Translations under genes and position numbers: made by a program
Sequence record: PX880103.1
Origin: a phage
Strand: one strand, 5' to 3'
DNA: 64,000 bases
Shown here: positions 22,565-32,905 of the stretch, one piece after another
How the letters are laid out: each line of letters begins with the position of its first letter
Numbering within the stretch: the stretch's first letter is position 1
Notes under the pieces: generated by a model
Databases searched by the model: none
What the model was told of the DNA's origin: nothing
Seen by the model: the letters and a program-made list of their open reading frames with translations, nothing else

Positions 22565-24334
22565 AAAAGCCACAAGAAATGCAAACGATGCGTAGAAAAG
22601 TTATTTCAGATAATAAACCAACACAGGAAGCGGCTAAATCCGCTTCTAACACTTTATCTGGACTTAATGATATATCTACGAAATTGGATGATGCTCAAGC
22701 TGCTTCTGAATTAATAGCTCAAACTGTCGAAGAAAAATCGAATGAAATAGTTGGAGCAATTGGTAACGTAGAAAGCGCAGTTAGTGATACTACTGCCGGT
22801 TCTGAGTTAATTGCTGAAACTGTCGAAATTGGCAACAATATTAATAAAGAAATCGGTGAATCACTCGGAAGCAAATTAGATAAATTAACAAGTTTACTAG
22901 AGCAAAAAATTCAGACAGCTGGAATTCAACAGACTGGGACTAGTTTAGCCACAGTTGAAAGCGCTATTCCTGTTAAAGTCGTTGAGGATGATACTGCTGA
23001 ATCTGTGGGTCCTTTATTACCGGCTCCCGAAGCAGTTAATAATGATCCTGACGCTGATTTTTTCCCTACCCCTCAACCAGTTGAGCCAAAGCAAGAATCA
23101 CCAGAAGAAAAACAGAAAAAAGAAGCATTTAACTTAAAATTATCTCAAGCTTTAGATAAATTAACAAAGACGGTTGATTTTGGATTTAAGAAATCCATTT
23201 CAATTAGTGATAAAATATCAAGCATGTTATTTAAGTACACCGTCAGTGCTGCTATTGAAGCTGCTAAAATGACTGCAATGATATTGGCTGTTGTTGTTGG
23301 AATAGACCTTTTGATGGTTCACTTTAAATATTGGTCAGATAAATTTTCGCAGGCATGGGATTTATTTAGTACAGACTTTACTAAATTCTCTAGCGAAACC
23401 GGAACTTGGGGTCCTTTATTACAGAGCATCTTTGATTCTATTGATAAAATTAAACAACTTTGGGAAGCGGGAGATTGGGGTGGATTGACAGTAGCTATTG
23501 TTGAAGGGCTTGGAAAGGTTCTTTATAATTTAGGAGAACTTATTCAGCTTGGAATGGCTAAATTATCAGCAGCAATTCTTCGAGTTATTCCTGGTATGAA
23601 GGATACTGCTGATGAAGTAGAAGGAAGAGCACTAGAAAATTTCCAAAATTCTACTGGAGCATCTCTTAATAAAGAAGACCAGGAAAAAGTTGCGAATTAT
23701 CAAGATAAACGAATGAATGGAGACCTTGGTCCAATAGCAGAAGGACTAGACAAAATTGCGAACTGGAAAACTCGTGCATCTAACTGGATTCGTGGCGTTG
23801 ATAACAAAGAAGCATTAACTACCGATGAAGAACGCGCAGCGGAAGAAGAAAAATTAAAGCAACTTTCACCGGAAGAAAGAAAAAATGCTTTAATGAAGGC
23901 CAATGAAGCTCGTGCCGCGATGATTCGTTTTGAAAAATATGCTGATTCAGCTGATATGAGTTAAACACCCAACGGTTAAATCAGTTGAAGCTGCCTATGA
24001 AGACCTTAAACAGCGGATGGATGACCCGGATTTAAATAATTCACCGGCAGTTAAAAAAGAACTTGCTTCTAGATTTGCTAAAATTGATGCTACTTATCAA
24101 GAGCTTAAGAAAAATCAGCCTAATGCCAAACCTGAAACTTCTGCTAAATCACCAGAAGCGAAACAGGTCCAGGTTATTGAAAAGAACAAAGCACAACAAG
24201 CTCCTGTTCAACAAGCATCTCCTTCAATCAATAATACTAATAATGTTATTAAGAAAAATACTGTCGTTCATAATATGACACCTGTTACGAGCACAACTGC
24301 TCCTGGTGTATTTGGCGCGACTGGAGTTAATTAA
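22561..24334 (+). CDS. 29: gp29 tail-length tape measure / baseplate hub protein, interrupted by an apparent 1-nt frameshift near 23957-23964
   Basis: 467-aa ORF (22561-23964) continues in the +1 frame (open from 23960, ends 24334); removing one nucleotide fuses them into 590 aa, the T4 gp29 length. Confidence 0.85.
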
Positions 24335-24342
24335 GGAATAAT

Positions 24343-25437
24343 ATGGCAATTGTTAAAGAAATAACTGCTGATTTAATTAAAAAGTCCGGTGAGACAATTT
24401 CAGCCGGGCAGAGCACTAAATCAGAAGTAGGAATTAAAACATACACAGCCCAGTTTCCAACTGGGCGTGCTAGTGGTAATGACACTACAGGGGACTTCCA
24501 GGTAACAGATCTATATAAGAATGGATTATTATTTACTGCATACAATATGTCATCTAGGGATTCTGGAAGTCTTAGATCGATGAGATCTAACTACTCTTCT
24601 TCATCTTCGAGTATTTTAAGTACAGCTAGAAACACTATTAGTAGTACAGTATCAAAACTATCAAATGGATTAATATCAAACAATAATTCAGGAACAATAA
24701 GTAAAGCTCCTGTCGCAAACATTCTTTTACCAAGATCTAAATCTGATGTTGATACATCATCACATAGATTTAATGATGTTCAAGAAAGCCTTATCAGTAG
24801 AGGCGGAGGTACTGCTACTGGTGTGCTAAGTAATATTGCTTCAACCGCAGTATTTGGGGCACTGGAAAGTATAACACAAGGTATAATGGCTGATAATAAT
24901 GAACAGATTTATACGACAGCCAGAAGTATGTATGGTGGTGCTGAAAATAGAACTAAAGTGTTTACATGGGATTTGACTCCACGTTCAACAGAAGATTTAA
25001 TGGCTATTATTAATATCTATCAATATTTTAACTATTTTTCTTATGGTGAAACGGGTAAATCTCAATATGCTGCTGAAATAAAGGGGTATTTAGATGATTG
25101 GTATCGTTCTACATTAATTGAACCTTTATCTCCGGAAGACGCAGCTAAAAATAAAACATTATTTGAGAAAATGACATCGAGTTTAACTAACGTTCTAGTA
25201 GTTTCAAACCCGACGGTTTGGATGGTGAAAAACTTTGGCGCAACATCTAAGTTTGATGGAAAAACGGAAATATTTGGTCCATGCCAAATACAGAGCATCA
25301 GATTTGATAAAACACCTAACGGTAACTTTAACGGATTAGCTATTGCTCCAAACCTCCCTAGTACATTTACTCTCGAGATTACTATGAGAGAAATTATCAC
25401 GTTAAACCGTGCTTCTTTATATGCGGGGACTTTTTAA
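24343..25437 (+). CDS. 48: baseplate tail tube cap gp48
   Basis: 364 aa as in T4 gp48. Confidence 0.92.
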   Translation: MAIVKEITADLIKKSGETISAGQSTKSEVGIKTYTAQFPTGRASGNDTTGDFQVTDLYKNGLLFTAYNMSSRDSGSLRSMRSNYSSSSSSILSTARNTISSTVSKLSNGLISNNNSGTISKAPVANILLPRSKSDVDTSSHRFNDVQESLISRGGGTATGVLSNIASTAVFGALESITQGIMADNNEQIYTTARSMYGGAENRTKVFTWDLTPRSTEDLMAIINIYQYFNYFSYGETGKSQYAAEIKGYLDDWYRSTLIEPLSPEDAAKNKTLFEKMTSSLTNVLVVSNPTVWMVKNFGATSKFDGKTEIFGPCQIQSIRFDKTPNGNFNGLAIAPNLPSTFTLEITMREIITLNRASLYAGTF

Positions 25438-26402
25438 TGTATTCTTTAGAGGAATTTAATAATCAAGCAATAAACGCAGATTTCCAACGTAATAATATGT
25501 TTAGCTGCGTTTTTGCGACAACTCCATCAACTAAAAGCTCTTCGTTGATAAGTTCAATTAGCAATTTTTCTTATAATAACTTGGGTCTAAATTCAGATTG
25601 GTTAGGATTGTCTCAAGGCGATATTAATCAGGGAATTACAACGTTAATTACTGCTGGAACACAAAAACTGACAAGAAAATCAGGAGTCAGTAAATATCTA
25701 ATTGGTGCAATGAGTCAACGTACAGTTCAAAGTTTATTAGGCTCATTTACAGTTGGTACATATTTAATTGACTTCTTTAACATGGCATATAACTCATCTG
25801 GATTGATGATATATTCTGTAAAAATGCCAGAGAATAGATTATCTTATGAAACTGACTGGAACTATAATTCTCCTAATATTCGCATAACCGGGAGAGAATT
25901 AGACCCTTTGGTTATTTCATTTAGAATGGATTCAGAGTCGTGTAATTATCGTGCAATGCAAGACTGGGTCAATGCTGTTCAAGACCCAGTAACTGGACTG
26001 CGTGCTTTGCCACAAGATGTCGAGGCAGATATTCAGGTTAATCTTCATGCTCGCAATGGATTACCTCATACCGCAGTGATGTTCACTGGATGTATTCCAG
26101 TGTCAGTGAGTGCTCCTGAGTTATCATATGATGGAGATAACCAAATAACTACATTTGATGTTACTTTTGCGTATAGAGTCATGCAGGCTGGAGCAGTTGA
26201 TAGACAGGCCGCTCTTGAATGGCTTGAATCTGCTACTATAAATGGCATTCAAAGCTCTTCTGGAAATAATGGAGGTGTTACTGAACTATCTGGTTCGCTT
26301 TCACGACTTAGTAGATTAGGGGGAACTGCAGGAAGCATTTCAAATATTAATACTATGACAGGAATTGTCAATTCGCAAAGTAAAATATTAGGAGCAATAT
26401 AA
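25437..26402 (+). CDS. 54: baseplate tail tube initiator gp54
   Basis: 321 aa (T4 gp54 ~320); gp19/gp48-like. Confidence 0.92.
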   Translation: MYSLEEFNNQAINADFQRNNMFSCVFATTPSTKSSSLISSISNFSYNNLGLNSDWLGLSQGDINQGITTLITAGTQKLTRKSGVSKYLIGAMSQRTVQSLLGSFTVGTYLIDFFNMAYNSSGLMIYSVKMPENRLSYETDWNYNSPNIRITGRELDPLVISFRMDSESCNYRAMQDWVNAVQDPVTGLRALPQDVEADIQVNLHARNGLPHTAVMFTGCIPVSVSAPELSYDGDNQITTFDVTFAYRVMQAGAVDRQAALEWLESATINGIQSSSGNNGGVTELSGSLSRLSRLGGTAGSISNINTMTGIVNSQSKILGAI

Positions 26403-26408
26403 CACAAT

Positions 26409-26426
26409 GGGGACCTTTCGGTCCCC
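26409..26426. terminator. bidirectional terminator between gene 54 and the convergent minus-strand operon
   Basis: GGGGACC-TTTC-GGTCCCC followed by ATATTTTTATTT. Confidence 0.65.
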
Positions 26427-26432
26427 ATATTT

Positions 26433-26723
26433 TTATTTACGGAATGAAATGAAAGCAGCAACTGAAGCAACTAAACTGTCTTCAATATAAACTTCAATTT
26501 TTACAGGAGCTTCTGACTCGAATTTACCTGTTACTACACCCTGAAAAATACTTTCAGTCTGTTCTGGCTTTGAAAAATTTTCAGAAGGAAAAATTCCGAA
26601 CTTTTTATCTGTTCCAAAAATTTTAATAAATTCATCGTAAACCGCTTCGTTAAAAGCATTATCAGCAGGAATAACGCCTTCAACTACAAGTTCTTGACCT
26701 AAAAAGCGTAAAGAAGATTTCAT
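26433..26723 (-). CDS. hypothetical protein (alt.-3 position)
   Basis: 96-aa ORF; GTTTAC/TATAAT-type promoter and GAGGAA RBS upstream. Confidence 0.6.
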   Translation of the reverse strand: MKSSLRFLGQELVVEGVIPADNAFNEAVYDEFIKIFGTDKKFGIFPSENFSKPEQTESIFQGVVTGKFESEAPVKIEVYIEDSLVASVAAFISFRK

Positions 26724-26754
26724 TTTGTGTTCCTCATGTTATGTCAGTAAGACT

Positions 26755-26784
26755 ATTATAACACAACATAAGGAACTTGTAAAC
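26755..26784 (-). promoter_or_regulatory. early-type promoter (-35 GTTTAC, 18-nt spacer, -10 TATAAT) for the alt.-3-position ORF
   Basis: Minus strand reads GTTTAC ... TATAAT, then GAGGAA RBS and ATG. Confidence 0.55.
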
Positions 26785-28841
26785 TACATTTTGAACTTTT
26801 TAGACATTCCGTTGATGTTAACCAAAGAAGCTAAGATTTGAGAAACTTCGTTTTCCTCTTCTTTTGATTCTTCTACAAGGAATTGATTAAATCCAGCCAT
26901 TGGACGAACTTCACCAGTTTCCATTAAATGGTCGCCATCATATACTGATTCTTCTAATTGTTCAGAAGGAGGAACGATTGTACCTTCGATTAGATACTTG
27001 TTATAAGCAGTTTCTTTCATAAAGTACGTACTTACTTTATTAATCTTCAGTAAAATTCCACGCGGTAGAATAACTTCAGCTTCTGATGGAAATCCTGATA
27101 AATGACCTGGAACGATAACTTTGATTCGCTCAGCTCCTTTAATTACCATACCCACTCTAGTTTCAGCATCTTCATTAGCGTATGTAGAATGACTACCCAT
27201 ATGCATCAAATCTTCTGCATCAACGGAACCTTCTCCTTCACCAGAAAATACTGCACCGGAATCATCTAGAGCCATATAGTTTTTACCATGCTCGCCGAAG
27301 ATATTTGGTTTAAGTGATGTCGATACGAAGTTCTTGAAATAGAACATTTTGTTTTCAATGTTATGACGCAAAGTTTTAAAGGTAACTTCTTGTCCACGGT
27401 AAAGTGTAGTTCCTGGAGGAAGAACTGATCCTTTGGCAAAGGCAGAATCCAACGTCTCGATGTGCTTAATAGCTCGTTCCATGTATTCTTCACGAGTAGA
27501 ATCTGGTTTACCCAAAAGGAACGAGTTCATTTCAACATATGAATCTGCACAATAATCTTCAATTACATCAGATTCAGCTTGAGTTAATCCTTTTGGAGTT
27601 ACTTCAGTACTTGCGTATTCATATGCCTGGGCAGCAGATTCATTAATCAATTTATAAATGCCATTCATGACGAATTGAATAATAGCTGTCTTTTCATCTG
27701 GCGTGGCTTTAGAACCTTTAACTAAATCATTAATAATTTTCTTAATAACATCAAAGCTATTAGAAATATTAATGTCAGCAAGATCGCTTAAAATTTTATC
27801 AGTTTTATAATCAAAGAATTCTTTATTCTTTAAATATTCTTGAGAACCTTGATATGTTATATCACTCTGCAACTTGATAGATGGATCACGTAAACGCGCA
27901 TGGGCCAATGCGATATGATTTCGGAAGTTTTCTAGTTCATAATCGCTAGATTTAAAACGAGAAGCACTCCTCATACCACCAATAGCTCCTTTGCTGAAGT
28001 TTGAACCAATCTGGATAACGCCAGAGTTCATTGGACCTTCTGCTTTATATACCGGAACTTTAGATTCAAACTCTTGATATTTCTTGGCAGCGAAGCTATC
28101 ACCCTGAAGTGAAGCATCGACAGTAGAATATTGAGCTTGTGCTGCTAATCGACGACTAATTTTAGTTTTCTGAATAACAGCTTGATCAGTGCGCTTATCA
28201 TTTTCTAAAGCAATAGAAGCAGCAACAGCGACAGCTTTAGGAACAGCATCACCTGTTTTAACATCTACATAAACATCACCGACCTTTGATTCAACTTTTG
28301 TGAATAACTCAGTTGAAATAGGAGGTACACCTGGAATGTCTTCTAAATTGGCATTTTTACGGTAAACCATAATATATGCATATTTCTTATCATAATCCCA
28401 GATTTCCTTTAAAAGAACATATCGACCTGCTCCTTTAGTACGTACTAAACGGTCAGCAATAACTTGCATTTGACGAGCTGCGCCATTTGTTTTACTTTTT
28501 AGCACACGGAACAAACACGCGTCAATTTTATACTGCTTCATTGTTTGAAGAGCAGTATCAAAAACAGCATTAATGACGCCAATTGGATTTCCACCCAAGT
28601 TTTTAAGCTTAACTAGTGATAATTTCTCGTTGACACCTATCATTACGATATGCATCATTTTATCGCCTGGCTTAACGTTTTTATTTGTATCACCACCAGA
28701 GGTGTATGTACAAAATCTAAATCCAGGAAGCACGCTTTCTTCACCGGCTTGAATAGCAAAAATTTGAGGTATTTTATGCTTAGGATTTAAGTTAACAACC
28801 GGCGCCGAAGCGCCGTCAAATAATTCTGTAATAAGTTCCAT
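26784..28841 (-). CDS. Alt-like ADP-ribosyltransferase, paralog A
   Basis: 685 aa; N-terminal MELITELFD; ART triad context YRGQ, FVSTSL, EAEVILPRG. Confidence 0.85.
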   Translation of the reverse strand: MELITELFDGASAPVVNLNPKHKIPQIFAIQAGEESVLPGFRFCTYTSGGDTNKNVKPGDKMMHIVMIGVNEKLSLVKLKNLGGNPIGVINAVFDTALQTMKQYKIDACLFRVLKSKTNGAARQMQVIADRLVRTKGAGRYVLLKEIWDYDKKYAYIMVYRKNANLEDIPGVPPISTELFTKVESKVGDVYVDVKTGDAVPKAVAVAASIALENDKRTDQAVIQKTKISRRLAAQAQYSTVDASLQGDSFAAKKYQEFESKVPVYKAEGPMNSGVIQIGSNFSKGAIGGMRSASRFKSSDYELENFRNHIALAHARLRDPSIKLQSDITYQGSQEYLKNKEFFDYKTDKILSDLADINISNSFDVIKKIINDLVKGSKATPDEKTAIIQFVMNGIYKLINESAAQAYEYASTEVTPKGLTQAESDVIEDYCADSYVEMNSFLLGKPDSTREEYMERAIKHIETLDSAFAKGSVLPPGTTLYRGQEVTFKTLRHNIENKMFYFKNFVSTSLKPNIFGEHGKNYMALDDSGAVFSGEGEGSVDAEDLMHMGSHSTYANEDAETRVGMVIKGAERIKVIVPGHLSGFPSEAEVILPRGILLKINKVSTYFMKETAYNKYLIEGTIVPPSEQLEESVYDGDHLMETGEVRPMAGFNQFLVEESKEEENEVSQILASLVNINGMSKKFKM

Positions 28842-28844
28842 GAT

Positions 28845-30941
28845 TTATCCTTGAACGAACTTGTAAGGCATGTTTGTAATATCTATGCAAGACGCAATAA
28901 TTCCAAGAGATGATTCTACTTTCTGTTTAACATTTGATGAAACAAATGATGCAAAGTCAACTCTGTCTTCTATTTCAATATCACCTGTCGTTGTAACTAC
29001 TTCGCCGGTTTCCATTAGACGGTCACCGTCATAAATTACCGATTCGGTGAGTTCTTCCGTGGTCATAACTTCAGCTTGAATGAGTTTTGTATTATTAGAC
29101 GTGGTTCCGTCATTATTAGAAGCATCAGTTATTTTATTAACTTTGACCATCAATCCGCGCGGTAGAATAACTTCAGCTTCTGTTGCTATTCCGAGACTTC
29201 CTGGATATACAACATTAACTTTATGAGCTCCATCAATTGCCCATCCTATTTGAACTTTAACGTATTCAGGATTTTCTTTATACGCTCTTATTTCGTTTGG
29301 ATTAATAGTTATTCCTTCTTCATTTTTATCAACTGTTAATTCATTGCGAGCTTCTGGTTCTAAAAGACCAATACCAGCATGTGTAATTCCAAAACGTCCA
29401 AAAATGATAGGAGTTAAAGAAGTAGATACAAAATTTCTGAAATAGAACACTTTATTTTTAACTAGTGCTTCGTATATAGGAGCAGTCATACTTTGAGCAC
29501 GATAAACTGTAATGCCTTCCGGTATGCGGTCACCATTTTCAAAAGCTGAATCTAAATTATTTATAGCAGATTCAATTTCTTTTTCACTCATTACATCATA
29601 TCGTTCTGGATTGTAACGACCTAAAAGAAGATTATTAATGTCTGTATATCCTGAGCCACAATATTCTCTAATGCCGCGCTTTTGTGATGGAGTATATTTA
29701 GAACCATCACGAGCAATAGTAATATCAATCATTGGACCAGCACCAATTCCAGAAAAACTATAAATCATTCGTTTGAGGAATTTAGTTTTTGCTGCATTCC
29801 AGGCATTTTTAGTTATTTCTTCCCAGACTTCATCTGACTGACCTTTACGAGTTTTATTATGTTTATCAAGCCAATTATCTTTATATTCTTCAAAGAATTG
29901 ATTAACAGCTGCTGCGTATTTCTCTAAACATTTTATTGAAGTAGTTGGTTCATTTTTAATCGCATTAAGAATTACATCTTTAATTTTTTCAGAAACTTCA
30001 TTAACCTCACTTTTTGAAAAGAATTTATAATCATAGTGAAGTTCATCTGCAGTTCCTTCGGCAATAATTTTTGCTGCCTTAGTTTTAGAAGCTAATGAAT
30101 TAATTCCAAGCTTCATTTCTTCTGCTTCGGGAATTAAAGGAGCAGTAGCAGGTTTATTGAAATTAGCTGCGGTAGATTCATACTTCTGGAATAATTCACT
30201 TTCAAATCTAGAAGATTCCAATGACTGACTTTGTGCAATTGCTCTACGGGAAATTTTAACTTTAACGATTACAGCTTGGTCAGAACGTTTATCATTTTCT
30301 TGTGCAATAGATGCTGCAATTGCCTCATTTTTAGTTACTTGAGCTCCGGTATCTTTATTGATATAAACATCACCGACCTTCGATTCAACTTTAGTAAAGA
30401 GCTCGGTACTAATTTCCGGAACTCCTGGAATGTCTTCTAGTGATACATTTTTGCGATGTATAAGAATATATGCATACTTTTTATCGTAATCCCAGAGTTC
30501 CTTAAGAAGGACGTATCTACCACCTGAACGACTACGGATAAGTCTATCAGCAATAACTTGAATTTGTCGAGCTTGGCCAGCAGTTTTAGACTTAAGAATA
30601 CGGAGCATACAGGCATCAATTTTATACTGACGCATCGTTTGCATTGCAACAGTAAAAACTGAATTGATATAATTAATTGGGCTTGGACCAAGACCTTTTA
30701 ATTTAGCAATTGAACCTTTAGCAGTTAATGTAAAAGGAACAATATGCATCATTTTATCGCCCATTTTTAAATCGCGATTAGTATCACCTCCAGATGTATA
30801 GGTACATAAACGAAAGCCTGGTTGTTCAATTGCATCATCAACGTGAACTGAAAAAATTTGCGGTATTTTCTTCTTTGGATTTAAGTTTGTAATCGGAAGA
30901 GTAGTATCTTCGTCAAATAATTCTGTAATGAGTTCCATCAT
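28845..30941 (-). CDS. alt: Alt-like ADP-ribosyltransferase, paralog B (probable Alt ortholog)
   Basis: 698 aa; N-terminal MMELITELFD; YRAQ, FVSTSL, EAEVILPRG; late promoter upstream; adjacent to gene 30. Confidence 0.85.
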   Translation of the reverse strand: MMELITELFDEDTTLPITNLNPKKKIPQIFSVHVDDAIEQPGFRLCTYTSGGDTNRDLKMGDKMMHIVPFTLTAKGSIAKLKGLGPSPINYINSVFTVAMQTMRQYKIDACMLRILKSKTAGQARQIQVIADRLIRSRSGGRYVLLKELWDYDKKYAYILIHRKNVSLEDIPGVPEISTELFTKVESKVGDVYINKDTGAQVTKNEAIAASIAQENDKRSDQAVIVKVKISRRAIAQSQSLESSRFESELFQKYESTAANFNKPATAPLIPEAEEMKLGINSLASKTKAAKIIAEGTADELHYDYKFFSKSEVNEVSEKIKDVILNAIKNEPTTSIKCLEKYAAAVNQFFEEYKDNWLDKHNKTRKGQSDEVWEEITKNAWNAAKTKFLKRMIYSFSGIGAGPMIDITIARDGSKYTPSQKRGIREYCGSGYTDINNLLLGRYNPERYDVMSEKEIESAINNLDSAFENGDRIPEGITVYRAQSMTAPIYEALVKNKVFYFRNFVSTSLTPIIFGRFGITHAGIGLLEPEARNELTVDKNEEGITINPNEIRAYKENPEYVKVQIGWAIDGAHKVNVVYPGSLGIATEAEVILPRGLMVKVNKITDASNNDGTTSNNTKLIQAEVMTTEELTESVIYDGDRLMETGEVVTTTGDIEIEDRVDFASFVSSNVKQKVESSLGIIASCIDITNMPYKFVQG

Positions 30942-30961
30942 ATCCTCTCTAGTGTTTATTC

Positions 30962-30969
30962 TATTTATA
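30962..30969 (-). promoter_or_regulatory. late promoter (TATAAATA on minus strand) for the alt paralog pair
   Basis: Plus-strand TATTTATA about 20 nt upstream of the alt-B start. Confidence 0.55.
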
Positions 30970-30974
30970 AAATT

Positions 30975-30993
30975 AAAGGCCCGAAGGCCTTTA
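30975..30993 (-). terminator. hairpin at the 3' end of the 62-aa ORF, upstream of the alt late promoter
   Basis: AAAGGCC-CGAA-GGCCTTT (UUCG loop on the minus-strand RNA). Confidence 0.5.
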
Positions 30994-31179
30994 ATAATCT
31001 ATTGGTAAGAGAGTACGATATATTTCAAACTTTGGACCTTTTTCATAAGCATCAAAAGTTTCTGTGAATTTATTATAAGCATATGCATCTATAAATTCAA
31101 GCATGATTTGTGATACAGAAGTAGAAACATCTCCACCTTCTTTTTGAGCCACGACAATTGTTTCTAAGTAAGCTTTCAT
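30991..31179 (-). CDS. hypothetical small protein
   Basis: 62-aa ORF between gene 30 and alt; hairpin terminator at its 3' end. Confidence 0.5.
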   Translation of the reverse strand: MKAYLETIVVAQKEGGDVSTSVSQIMLEFIDAYAYNKFTETFDAYEKGPKFEIYRTLLPIDY

Positions 31180-32639
31180 AGACCAGTTACCTCATGAAAA
31201 TCACCAAATACATCCTCGAATGTATTAGCTTTAGTTTTATCTTCACGCAAACGAATCGCAATTGGAAGAAATAATTTAACGTAATCAGTGCGGCCATCAG
31301 ATTTTAACCAACCGTTGCATTCGCACTCTAGAATTTTTCCAATATAATAATTTTGGTTTTCCATAATGCGAGTACGGTCAAGTTCATGTGATTTTACGCC
31401 GGCTTTATCTTTTAAGCCTGAACCAGCATTTACTTTAATTTTTCCACACTCTGACTCAAGAATAAATCCACCTGCTTTAGTAGGGTCTTTACGGTGAGGA
31501 TAAATTCCTACAATTTTTAAATCAACATCAATTACTTCTTTAAATTTATAGAGATTTTTTGAACGAGCATTTTCCCATAATCCATCGATATTTTTGAGAA
31601 TAATACCTTCAAGACCTTGGTCAATATACTTTTTATAAATTACCTTAGCTTCATCTAGGTTATTTACTACCTGGTTTTCAATTAAAATTACTTTATCATA
31701 GCCTGATGTCATTTGTTCTAGTTTAGAAAAACGTACATCATATTTTAAACGAAATGCTGGAAGACCGTATATTTCTACCAACGGGACATAATCCCAGACC
31801 TGAAACTTCATGCATTGAGCTTCTTTTTCAGAAATGGTTCCCTTTAAAGATTTATTGGCGATGCCATTAGATGCAGTACGTGATTCAGCTACTTCTGCGA
31901 AGTCTTTAACTTTACTGTTTTCAGGATGAGCATCAAAAAGAAAATCTAGGCCTTCTGGCTCCTTTTTAACTTGCTCATGGTATACCAATTCGCCATCAAT
32001 TAACACACCTTCTGGATGAATCTGGCGAGCTTCAGCAGTCATTTTGATTAATTCTTCCTTAAGAAGATCTAATCCTAGATATTCATTACCAGCTCGTGAT
32101 AAAAGACGAACATCATCTAATTCATCACCTCTGACTTCAGCAAAGCACCGAGCCCCATCAGCTTTTAACTGGGCAAAGGCTGGAAATTTGATATTCTTAT
32201 TAATGCCTTTTTCATCATAAGAACTTGCAAGCATTTGAGGTTGTTCAGGAATTAAACCTGGCCAAACTTTGTTTGCAATAGATACTGAAGCACCACATTC
32301 AAGGTCTCGCATCATCACTCGACGCAAAACTTCAACATCATCTTTTTTACCATCGGTGATGTATCCAGTTAATTCCTCAATTGCCGCATTTCCAGTCAAT
32401 TTCCGAGTAGCTAACGTGAATTCAATGAAGTCAAGCATATCGGTAAGAGTCAACATTCCAAAACTCTGGGTAGCAATACCAGGTTTAGGCCATTTCTTGA
32501 TATAATACTGCAACCCACGAGAATAAGTCAGACGATATACTCGTTTAAGCAATTCATTATCTTTATTCTTTTCAAGAATTGCTTGCTTCTGCTTAGTTGA
32601 ACCAATAGATGCTATTTCGTTCAGAATTTTAAGAATCAT
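31176..32639 (-). CDS. 30: ATP-dependent DNA ligase gp30
   Basis: 487 aa as in T4 DNA ligase; adenylation-site lysine in AQLKADGARCF. Confidence 0.95.
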   Translation of the reverse strand: MILKILNEIASIGSTKQKQAILEKNKDNELLKRVYRLTYSRGLQYYIKKWPKPGIATQSFGMLTLTDMLDFIEFTLATRKLTGNAAIEELTGYITDGKKDDVEVLRRVMMRDLECGASVSIANKVWPGLIPEQPQMLASSYDEKGINKNIKFPAFAQLKADGARCFAEVRGDELDDVRLLSRAGNEYLGLDLLKEELIKMTAEARQIHPEGVLIDGELVYHEQVKKEPEGLDFLFDAHPENSKVKDFAEVAESRTASNGIANKSLKGTISEKEAQCMKFQVWDYVPLVEIYGLPAFRLKYDVRFSKLEQMTSGYDKVILIENQVVNNLDEAKVIYKKYIDQGLEGIILKNIDGLWENARSKNLYKFKEVIDVDLKIVGIYPHRKDPTKAGGFILESECGKIKVNAGSGLKDKAGVKSHELDRTRIMENQNYYIGKILECECNGWLKSDGRTDYVKLFLPIAIRLREDKTKANTFEDVFGDFHEVTGL

Positions 32640-32905
32640 TGTTCATCCTTTAGAGTTTGGTTTACAGCTCTATTATAAATCAATTCATCATTAAGCTCAG
32701 TCAAAGACCTATGGTACGTGGTTCTAACTTTATTTCCTTGCATCCAATGCTTGACGTAAATGAAACCTTGCTCTACACATTTTTTAAAAATTCGTTCGTC
32801 TTTTTGAGCTCGGAATTCTGGATTGCATCTAAAAAATTGATTTACGTGACCATAATCACGTGTAGTATTACCTTCATTTTCATAAATAGTGTGAACGACA
32901 AACAT
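32636..32905 (-). CDS. hypothetical protein (30.1 position)
   Basis: 89-aa ORF, translationally coupled. Confidence 0.6.
   Translation of the reverse strand: MFVVHTIYENEGNTTRDYGHVNQFFRCNPEFRAQKDERIFKKCVEQGFIYVKHWMQGNKVRTTYHRSLTELNDELIYNRAVNQTLKDEQ

Noticed and set aside
24063-24278. 71-aa alternative-frame ORF inside the gp29 C-terminal segment
   Set aside because: Overlaps the conserved gp29 reading frame; basic low-complexity product typical of an out-of-frame read.
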